The notes under the pieces: generated by a model
Database searches by the model: none
What the model saw: the letters and a program-made list of their open reading frames with translations, nothing else
What the model was told of the DNA's origin: nothing
Made by a program: the position numbers and the translations under genes
Part shown: positions 1 through 9,005 of the stretch, one piece after another
How the letters are laid out: each line of letters begins with the position of its first letter
Position numbering within the stretch: the stretch's first letter is position 1
Origin: Eledone cirrhosa
Taxonomy: Eukaryota
DNA length: 64,000 nucleotides
Reading direction: 5' to 3'
Assembly (NCBI GenBank): GCA_964016885.1
Contig: OZ024741.1
Span: 322,648,001 to 322,712,000, forward strand

Positions 1-2651
1 GGGCCCAGCACTATGTGTCAATAATTGTCACAAGTGTGTTTGTACCAGAGTTTTCAAGTCGCTGGCTGGACTAAAAAGTCACACTCGTTCAGCGCATCGG
101 TAGGGGTTCCCCTACATGGATATAAAGTAGTGGCCGTACTCGAAAACGAGTTGGCAGCCACCATGTATGTATGTATGTATGTATATATGTATGTATATAT
201 GTATGTATATCAGTACAACCTGTCTCATGGTCGGGTCGTTGGCGACTAAACTGGTAACCCCACCAAGGTTTCTTGGTGAGGAGGGTGACTTTGGACATCC
301 TGCAGGACTAAAAACAAAACCTGTCAAAGGGCAAAGGAGCTCTTAAGAGTCAATGGCCATCCAAAATCACCGGGAGAGATGACCCCTTAGCCTTTGTCAA
401 GGCAGAATTCTAGGAGAATGAAAACTCAGATATAACACCTGCAAATCTGATGGTATCCAATGATGTTGACTTGTTCTTCTTTTTGGTAAATATCATCTTG
501 GTTAAGAGAGTGGGACTGGTTTTGTGCAGTGTCTTTGCTCATTATAAAAGCTCCAAGGCACAGGCATTGCTTTATATCTGGAGATCTCTCTGCACTTGTC
601 GTCACATGGTACCATGGGCCCAGCACTATGTGTCAATAATTGTCACAAGTGTGTTTGTACCAGAGTTTTCAAGTCGCTGGCTGGACTAAAAAGTCACACT
701 CGTTCAGCGCATCGGTAGGGGTTCCCCTACATGGATATAAAGTAGTGGCCGTACTCGAAAACGAGTTGGCAGCCACCATGTATGTATGTATGTATGTATG
801 TATATATGTATGTATATATGTATGTATATCAGTACAACCTGTCTCATGGTCGGGTCGTTGGCGACTAAACTGGCAACCCCACCAAGGTTTCTTGGTGAGG
901 AGGGTGACTTTGGACATCCTGCAGGACTAAAAACAAAACCTGTCAAAGAGCAAAGTAGCTCTTAAGAGTCAATGGCCATCCAAAATCTCCGGGAGGGATG
1001 ACCCCTTAGCCTTTGTCAAGGCAGAATTCTAGGAGAAGGAAAACTCTGATATAACACCTGCAAATCTGATGGTATCCAATGATGTTGACTTGTTCTTCTT
1101 TTTGGTAAATATCATCTTGGTTAAGAGAGTGGGACTGGTTTTGTGCAGTGTCTTTGCTCATTATAAAAGCTCCACGGCACAGGCATTGCTTTATATCTGG
1201 AGATCTCTCTGCACTTGTCGTCACATGGTACCATGGGCCCAGCACTATGTGTCAATAATTGTCACAAGTGTGTTTGTACCAGAGTTTTCAAGTCGCTGGC
1301 TGGACTAAAAAGTCACACTCGTTCAGCGCATCGGTAGGGGTTCCCCTACATGGATATAAAGTAGTGGCCGTACTCGAAAACGAGTTGGCAGCCACCATGT
1401 ATGTATGTATGTATGTATATATGTATGTATATATGTATGTATATCAGTACAACCTGTCTCATGGTCGGGTCGTTGGCGACTAAACTGGTAACCCCACCAA
1501 GGTTTCTTGGTGAGGAGGGTGACTTTGGACATCCTGCAGGACTAAAAACAAAACCTGTCAAAGGGCAAAGGAGCTCTTAAGAGTCAATGGCCATCCAAAA
1601 TCACCGGGAGAGATGACCCCTTAGCCTTTGTCAAGGCAGAATTCTAGGAGAATGAAAACTCAGATATAACACCTGCAAATCTGATGGTATCCAATGATGT
1701 TGACTTGTTCTTCTTTTTGGTAAATATCATCTTGGTTAAGAGAGTGGGACTGGTTTTGTGCAGTGTCTTTGCTCATTATAAAAGCTCCACGGCACAGGCA
1801 TTGCTTTATATCTGGAGATCTCTCTGCACTTGTCGTCACATGGTACCATGGGCCCAGCACTATGTGTCAATAATTGTCACAAGTGTGTTTGTACCAGAGT
1901 TTTCAAGTCGCTGGCTGGACTAAAAAGTCACACTCGTTCAGCGCATCGGTAGGGGTTCCCCTACATGGATATAAAGTAGTGGCCGTACTCGAAAACGAGT
2001 TGGCAGCCACCATGTATGTATGTATGTATGTATATATGTATGTATATATGTATGTATATCAGTACAACCTGTCTCATGGTCGGGTCGTTGGCGACTAAAC
2101 TGGCAACCCCACCAAGGTTTCTTGGTGAGGAGGGTGACTTTGGACATCCTGCAGGACTAAAAACAAAACCTGTCAAAGAGCAAAGTAGCTCTTAAGAGTC
2201 AATGGCCATCCAAAATCTCCGGGAGGGATGACCCCTTAGCCTTTGTCAAGGCAGAATTCTAGGAGAAGGAAAACTCTGATATAACACCTGCAAATCTGAT
2301 GGTATCCAATGATGTTGACTTGTTCTTCTTTTTGGTAAATATCATCTTGGTTAAGAGAGTGGGACTGGCTTTGTGCAGTGTCTTTGCTCATTATAAAAGC
2401 TTCACGGCACAGGCATTGCTTTATATCTGGAGATCTCTCTGCACTTGTCGTCACATGGTACCATGGGCCCAGCACTATGTGTCAGTAATAGTCACAAGTG
2501 TAGTGTTTGTACCAGAGTTTTCAAGTCGCTGGCTGGACTAAAAAGTCACACTCGTTCAGCGCATCGGTAGGGGTTCTCCTACATGGATATAAAGTAGTGG
2601 CCGTACTCGAAAACGAGTTGGCAGCCACCATGTATGTATGTATGCAAGTAT
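1..2651 (+). mobile_element. Tandem array (4 full units plus a partial unit running off the left edge) of a ~615-619 bp non-autonomous, internally deleted RTE-like retroelement
   Basis: The marker CAGTACAACC recurs at 211, 830, 1445 and 2060 (periods 619, 615, 615). Each unit has a structured 5' segment (also seen at ~56489 upstream of RTE-like coding relics), then a C2H2-like coding remnant, a short 3' UTR and a (TATG)n tail, as is typical of RTE 3' ends. Confidence 0.75.
2463..2570 (+). pseudogene. C-terminal C2H2 zinc-finger remnant of an RTE-like ORF (MGPALCVSNSHKCSVCTRVFKSLAGLKSHTRSAHR*)
   Basis: Manual translation gives C-x2-C-x12-H-x4-H followed by a stop, resembling the C..C.R.F.S..GL.SH.R.H terminus of RTE-clade ORFs. 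Earlier units (e.g. 26-103) carry a 3-bp deletion giving C-x1-C. Confidence 0.7.
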
Positions 2652-2860
2652 GAGCCCCAGCAATACAAAAAAAATACAAGGGCGGATGAACTCCTTAAAG
2701 TCAACGCGCGTCCACTCCATGAGTTAAATAACCTCACCAACACGCTCCCTGCCAAGCGTGGTGAGTACGGCTACACCCCCGATATGACCAAAACCAAAAG
2801 CGGTGGAGCGCAAGCGCAACCAGGGAGGGGTTTCTCTAACCGGAGTGAGGAGGTTCTTGA
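2652..2860 (+). mobile_element. Probable 5' fragment of a second RTE-like family
   Basis: It shares GGGC.GA.GA.CTC..TAA.AGTCAA.G..C.TCC and GTGAGGAGG motifs with the 5' part of the tandem unit, and has hairpin arms CTCACC/GGTGAG and CACGCT/AGCGTG. Confidence 0.35.
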
Positions 2861-2880
2861 TTGGATTGGATATAATTGTT

Positions 2881-2997
<117 letters not shown>

Positions 2998-3004
2998 CGG
3001 TCTA

Positions 3005-3170
3005 CCAATCACACTTTGTATTACGCTGGATCTCCCAGAGAACTGCATTATGGGTACATATGTCAGTGAAAAATTATGCCACTTTCACGTTAATTTCACG
3101 AGTTGGCTCTTCCCCAAGTTGAACTACTGAAACACTCATCGTCGAAACCGACGGAGCTCCAGAAACAACA
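3005..3170 (+). mobile_element. SINE body fragment
   Basis: It shares GTTAATTTCA...CTCATCGTCGAAACCGACGGAG with the SINE at 6470-6800 and AATTTCACGAG with 4950-4960. Confidence 0.55.
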
Positions 3171-3727
3171 ACACATTTCTCATTTATTTTTACCGACTTC
3201 CGTTGTGGACAAACTTCTTCAATGAAATAAGACCATATATGACCATATATGGCATTTTTTACCAGAATGTTAGCATGTCATTTCCTAATTACATTTTGTA
3301 ATGCTTTAGGTTTTAACAATTTTTTGTTATAGAATTACAGTTGCTGTTTCTACATGCTCTACACAGCTATCTATTATCGCTGCTTCTGTTTATATATATT
3401 CTCTTGGCCTTTGGGTGACTTTAGCGTAGTCTTCTCCAACACGGGAAATAATTTTCTGGGTTTCATGTGTTGTAGTTAGTTATGTGTGTTACTGTCCCTG
3501 TATTCTTTACGAGATATTTAATAGAGCTACAGTAAATATATTATTATAGTTTCCTAATACCATAAGGCCTTCTTACATTTACATTAGCGGTAAATCTGTG
3601 CCAGATCAGTTTAACGCTTAGATAGAAAACAAGGGCAATGCCCATGACAGTTTGTAAGGTGCATCCAAGGTTGAGCCGGAAGATGTAATGAATCCTTAAA
3701 TCCAGGAACGGCTTGAAAGTTTAGAGC

Positions 3728-4110
3728 TGAGTAGGCCTGGCTAAAGGTACTCAATAGTCGTCTGGTGGTATTAAATCAACAAACAGAGTGAACTCCGCTA
3801 AAATTACCCAAGGGCTGGGTGGAGATTTTAAACCAGAATACAGAGTATACTCTGATAAAGTTACCGAATAGTTAGGTGATAGTATTAAATTAGGCAACAG
3901 GTACCCAAGGGCTAGGTGGTGGGGTTAATCCAGGTAAAAGAGTGGACTCCGCTAAAGATACCCTAGGATTGGGTGGTGATGTTAAACCAGGCAATAGAGT
4001 GGCCTTCATTAAAAGCACCCTTGGGCCAAACGGTGATATTAAATTAGTCAATAGAGTGGACTTCACTGAAGGTACCCAAGGGCCAGGTGGGAGTGTTAAA
4101 CCAGGTGACC
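3728..4110. repeat. Degenerate 57-bp minisatellite (~6-7 units)
   Basis: AGAGT(G) anchors fall at 3785 and 3842, then at 3939, 3996 and 4053 (57-bp spacing, with one truncated unit between the two runs). Confidence 0.8.
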
Positions 4111-4159
4111 ACTTAAGTTTACCACACAAGGGCGGGATGGCGGTATTTAATCAGGCTAC

Positions 4160-4520
4160 GATGAGATTTGAACTCAACACAAACAATTGATTCAAATGTC
4201 TCAAGTCAGTCTGTCTGTCGCTCTAACGACTCTATCAGTTTACCATCCTAGACGGTACTTTATCTATCGATTCGGGAAGGATAAAATGTAGAATTGACCT
4301 CGGTAGTATTAGAACTCCGAATGCATGGAACCGGAATAAATATACTTTTGGCACAAGGCCAGCAATTACCCAGTACATTACTGGTACTTTATTTTATCGA
4401 CCCCATAAAGATGAAAGGCAAAGTTAACCTCGACGGGATTTGAACTCAGACCGTAAAGAGACGTAACTATGCTAGAAAGCATGGCATCCAACCCTCTACC
4501 GATACTGCCAATTCACCGCC
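4160..4520 (-). mobile_element. Cluster of tRNA-derived SINE copies (minus strand)
   Basis: The reverse-complement B-box GATTTGAACTC and the body TACTGGTACTTTATTTTATCGACCCC...GATGAAAGGCAAAGTTAACCTCG match copies at 5810-6415, 8660-8975 and 60825-61012. Confidence 0.8.
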
Positions 4521-4584
4521 CTGGAGCCGGAATAAATATACTGCAAGGGTGGTACATTCTAAGTACAATAATTATTTCCCCTGT

Positions 4585-4695
4585 TTTGTGTGAGTGTGTG
4601 GGTGAGAGATAGTATGTGTGAGAGAGAGAGAAAGAGAGAGAGGGAGATAGTGTATGTGTATGTATATGTGTGTCTATGTATGTGTGTGTGTGTGT
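4585..4695. repeat. Mixed (TG)n/(AG)n microsatellite
   Basis: Directly visible. Confidence 0.9.
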
Positions 4696-4717
4696 TCCTT
4701 GTATTTTGTGTTATGTG

Positions 4718-4995
4718 AAGGCGCAGAGCTCAGAGGTTAGTGTCTTCAGCTGACAGCTGTCATGTCATCAGTTCGATTCCAGTCGGTGCGTTGTGTTCTT
4801 TATTGCTCATTGCTTCGATCCAGTGAACAGGAAAAACAATAAGTTGCAACTATAATTCAAAGGACCAACCTTGTCAAATACAGTGCCACACTGAATCGGC
4901 CGCGTTTTACGTTAAGGGTACACGTGTCTGTTGAATGCTCAGCTACATCAATTTCACGAGCAGAATGTTACGATGATCCTATCGACTAGACTGAC
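4718..4995 (+). mobile_element. tRNA-headed SINE (second family)
   Basis: It has A-box-like GAGCTCAGAGGTTAG and B-box GTTCGATTCC, and a body similar to 6650-6800 (GTTAAGGGTACACGTGTCTGTTGAATGCTCAG). Confidence 0.65.
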
Positions 4996-5249
4996 CAGCC
5001 AACAAAAAAAAAAAACCCAAACGTGGAGTATCATGAAAAAAAGTGACCCAAAACGGGAAGAAAGGAGGCAAAATGGAGAGATTTTGCATAATGAAATCTA
5101 TTCCCATTTTCACAAGAGAAGACATCTCTCACCCACCCCAAAGTGGGTTGGAGATCTCCCCGTCGGACGAGGTGAGTTGACAAGTCTGATTAGAACACAT
5201 GTCGTCGCAACAGACGGAGGTCCAAAAAGTGGAATTCATTATTGAATAA

Positions 5250-5750
5250 TAATTTCTAATATTCTTATCTGTCGTCATATCTAATATATCTAAACCTACC
5301 AACATTAGAGATATCCACTAACTGCAAACAAGATCTTGGAATATATGGAGGCTACAAAGAGATTGAACGATAAAAACATTTAGCTGCGTTATACCTTCTG
5401 TTGATTTCAATTTTTCTTTATTTCTTTATGCCTCTTTTGATTCCCGTTGGCTTCCTTATTTATTTATCTTTCTATTTATCTTGTTCTTGTTTCTTAACTG
5501 TAAGGGGTACTAGATATCTCTCCAAGTCTGTCATGGCTTACAGTTGTATATGGACATCTAAATTGATTAGATAAATAAATAAATACATGAATAAATAGCA
5601 ATGCTTCTTATTAATTTTCTTTTCTTGGAGATTGCCTTGAGGAACTTTCTAAACCGAATTTCATGCCTACTGAATCCACTCACCGTGTTTCAAATTGTTT
5701 GTCATCTGCAGTATAAAAATTGTAGTCATCTATATACAGTAGATGCATAA
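5250..5750 (-). pseudogene. Decayed Dong/R4-clade reverse transcriptase fragment
   Basis: Minus-strand 5745-5641 translates HLLYIDDYNFYTADDKQFETR*VDSVGMKFGLESS, resembling the R4/Dong RT motif HLLYMDDLKLYA...GM.FGL.KC. It contains stops. Confidence 0.6.
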
Positions 5751-5809
5751 TTGTTATCTCATGATATTTATACATTTATGTGTGTGTATTCATTCTGCTT
5801 TGACAGATT

Positions 5810-6415
5810 CGGTAGAACGTCGGGACAATATGCTTTGCAGCATAGAGTTACCACCCTTTTCGTTCTGAGTTCAAATCCCGCCGAGGTTAGCTTTGCCTTT
5901 CACCCTTACGAGGTCGATAAAATAAGGTACCAGTAATGCACTGGGGTTGATTTAATTGACTTTCCCCTCCTCTAAGAAAAAATACTGGCCTTGTGCCTAA
6001 ATCAGAAACCATTATTATAGGGTGGATTGGCAGTATCGGTAGAGGGTCGGGCGCTATGCTTTGCAGCAAAGAGTTACGGCCCTTTATGGTATGAGTTCAA
6101 ATCCCGCCAAGGTTAACTTTGCCTTTCATCCTTACGGGGTCGATAAAATAAAGTACCAGTAATGCACTGGGATAATTGCTGGCCTTGTGCCAAAAGTAGA
6201 AACAATTATTATAGGGCAGTAGATTGACAATATTTTTAGAGCAGTATATAGTTACGGCCCTTTCCGTTCTGATTTCAAATCCCACCGAAGTTAGTTTTGC
6301 CTTTCATCCTTACAGGGTCGATTATATAAAGTACCAGTAACGCACTGGGTCGATTAAATCGACTCCTCCACCCCCAAATTGTTGGCCTTGTCCTTAAATC
6401 AGAAACCATTATTTG
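5810..6415 (+). mobile_element. Three head-to-tail copies of the tRNA-derived SINE
   Basis: Each copy has the B-box GA(G/T)TTCAAATCCC, the body TTTGCCTTTCA(T/C)CCTTAC..GGTCGAT and the 3' end GGCCTTGT...AGAAAC(C/A)ATTATT. Confidence 0.85.
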
Positions 6416-6469
6416 TTTGTTGTTTTATATTCGTTCAGTCGTCTTATTTTCATTGTTTTTTTCTCTATA

Positions 6470-6805
6470 GACGGAAAATTGCTGTCTGGTTAAGAAGTCC
6501 GGTTCGCAATCATTAAGTCCCGGGTTCGATCTCACTCTGTGTAATCTTGAGCGAGTGTCATTGGAGTGACCCTAGCTTTGGGAGTGAAATTAGGTAGACG
6601 GAAACTGTTAGGAAGCCTGATTGATGGACTGCATCCGAGCTAGTTGTGTCACAGTTGTGTCACGTAGAAGCTCACTGAGAATTACCTTAACGGTATACAT
6701 GCCTGTGGAATATTCAGGGACTTATATGTTAATTTCAATGTCGGGCTGTTCCGTTGATTGAACAGTTGGATCCCTCATCGTCGAAACCGACGGAGTTCCA
6801 TCCCA
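6470..6805 (+). mobile_element. tRNA-headed SINE (second family)
   Basis: It has an A-box-like TGTCTGGTTAAG and B-box GGTTCGATCTC. The 3' body is shared with 3005-3170 and 4718-4995. Confidence 0.65.
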
Positions 6806-6879
6806 TTCCATTCCGTGTAATGTCACTACGAGACAGAGTACATCTCTGTGTTTCTTGTATACGTGCAATATTTTGTTTT

Positions 6880-7125
6880 GGTCTAGTGTTCTCAGTTGTA
6901 TTGATATTATTTAACGTAAAATGAGTACAGTGCCTAATAGTGATATTTTCTGTATGTGGTGTATGTGTATAAGACTTGAGGTATCCTACTTAATGTGGAC
7001 AGTGCCTAATTGTCATATTTTCTGTATGTTGTGTATGGGTATATGTCCTGGTATTTTGGCTCTGTTTGTGTCTGTATATTTAAAATCATTCCCAATGCCG
7101 ATATAATAGGGATTATTTATTTTCA
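6880..7125 (-). pseudogene. Decayed Dong/R4 LINE 3' end (restriction-like endonuclease C-terminus) with an internal duplication
   Basis: The minus strand reads ...HIHHIQKISLLGTVLILR*IISIQ, with IIPII.ALGMI upstream, the same motif family as 61049-61243. The ACAGTGCCTAAT.GT.ATATTTTCTGTATGT segment occurs twice (~6927 and ~6999). Confidence 0.65.
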
Positions 7126-7659
7126 GATTTTACAATTTGGTTATCTTATGAGAAAACAGATGTTCAAAGCATTCATATAGACTTATTGAACAGCGTTGAG
7201 TCAAGTAATAACACCTACACCTTGCCCTTGGGTGACTTTAGCGTAGTCTATTTTATTGCAAGCATTCGGCCTAAGTTTCCGTTTTGAGGATACTGACGCT
7301 GAAAAGGGTAAAGGCAACTGCCATTCCTTTCAATACGAAACCACAAAAAAGAAAATTCAGGCCATTGAAAGAAACTGCATAAAATATTAATTGCACAGAA
7401 ATTGAAATGTTAGACACCCTGCATTTACAAATGTTACAGTGAATTGTTCTGGATGATTTGAAATGACACTGATTGATATAGAAAGCATCTTAACTGAGAG
7501 CTAAATAAGGAATTGTCGAGGGAGATTAGTAAGAGATAAGAATCGTTGGTTGTATTTTGTTTAATAAAATGTTTACCTGGATTGTTTCTTCTCATTGAAG
7601 TAAAACGTAATTATAAATGATGTTATTTTCCAGTTCGCTTGGTTAAAATATTTTTATTA

Positions 7660-7828
7660 CAAGGGTCGGCAGAAAAGTTCATAGGCTGACTAATGATGGA
7701 GTGATGCTAGAGCTGTGAAATCTTGCATGCATTAATTTCAACCCTTCTTCTTAATAGTTTCTTTTCGGGGACCACGTTAAAAAATAAACCTCATTTGGTC
7801 AGCCTATGAACTTTTCAGCCGACCCTCG
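7660..7828. mobile_element. Tc1/mariner-type MITE
   Basis: It has ~31-bp terminal inverted repeats, CAAGGGTCGGCAGAAAAGTTCATAGGCTGAC and GTCAGCCTATGAACTTTTCAGCCGACCCTCG, with TA on both flanks (7658-59 and 7829-30). Confidence 0.9.
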
Positions 7829-8659
7829 TATTATTTGTATACTTATAAAGTAGAGTACATTTTTGTTGCATTTAATTTTATACTAAAATAAGAAATCCAT
7901 TTAAATATCACAACTCCGCTTTTTTCCCGAAGAACATCCATCGTTATTTATTCATTAAGTACATTTTTGTAAATTACATGTCAATACAACACTTAATTCC
8001 TAAAGCTTTAAACAATTTAGAAGTTATTGCTTGTTTAAACAGACATCTTCAAGAATACTTTTAAATATTTTATCTCTTTCTTCTTAAAATTAGTACAAAT
8101 AAAATAGAAATAGTAGTTTACTGCTGAAACATTTCCATGGAAAGATTGTTTTGTTTTGAAGATTATAACAAATGTGGATGCATGCTCTCAAAATATTTTG
8201 CCAATCTAACCTAGGGGGAAAAAACGAATGAATCAACTCCTTAGCATCTACAACTATCCAGACCAAGAGCCTAAATGTGCTAAATATCCAGGTACCAGTT
8301 CTGCACAGACAAACACTCGGAGTTCTCGGAATCTGGAAGATGGGCAAAATGAAAAGAATTATGAAGCCCAACAAGACCGAAAATAAAGTAACATCATACA
8401 GACATAATAGAGACATAATAAAGTAACATCATACAGACATAACCCTCCTACACACATTCTAAAACATTATATAATCTAACCTCTCTGTCATTGTATATAA
8501 TGTAATCATACATAGAGAACTGGGATCAGAGGAAGAGGGCTTTTGATCATAGTTCTGCTCTATCGAGTAGAATTATTGTTCCAGGTGTTAGAACAAAGAA
8601 ACTTGTGTTACTGTTGTTGTCACCATCATCATCAATATCATCATTATCATTGTTGGCCC

Positions 8660-8975
8660 TTTAAGGCGTGGATTAACAGTATCGGTAGAGGGTCAGACAC
8701 CATGTTCTGCAGAAAAGAGTTACGGCCCTTTATGGTCTGAGTTCAAATCCCGGCAAGGTTAACTTTGCCTTTCATCCTTACGGGGTCGATAAAATAAAGT
8801 AGCAGTAATACACTGGATAGTTGCTGGCCTTGTGCCAAAAGTAGAAACAATTATCATTATTGGCCCTTTACTTTCTGAGTTCAAATTTCGCAGAGGTCAG
8901 ATTTGCCTTTCATCCTTACGGGGTGGGTAAAATAAAGTAACTGTAACATACTGTGGTCGATTTACTCGACTACAC
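8660..8975 (+). mobile_element. Two tandem SINE copies (second one 5'-truncated) directly abutting the 15-mer array
   Basis: B-box GAGTTCAAAT at ~8739 and ~8877, with the same body as 5810-6415. Confidence 0.85.
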
Positions 8976-9005
8976 CTGCTTAAAGATTTGTAGTATTGTG
9001 AGTGT

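Noticed and set aside
25-2541. Many 66-96 aa ORFs repeated in the 615-bp units
   Set aside because: They cross (TATG)n microsatellites and have no domain signal. The only meaningful frame is the short zinc-finger remnant, which the ORF track does not list.
3408-3431. TTGGGTGACTTTAGCGTAGTCT shared with 7228-7249
   Set aside because: This is probably a fragment of a dispersed repeat and is too short to assign.
4718-4790. tRNA gene-like segments (also 6475-6540)
   Set aside because: A and B boxes are present but there is no complete cloverleaf, and they continue into SINE bodies.
8090-8416. 108-aa hydrophobic minus-strand ORF as a possible exon downstream of the TTTPL frame
   Set aside because: It has no recognisable domain, its AT-rich composition explains the hydrophobicity, and its start lies in a local 26-bp direct duplication.
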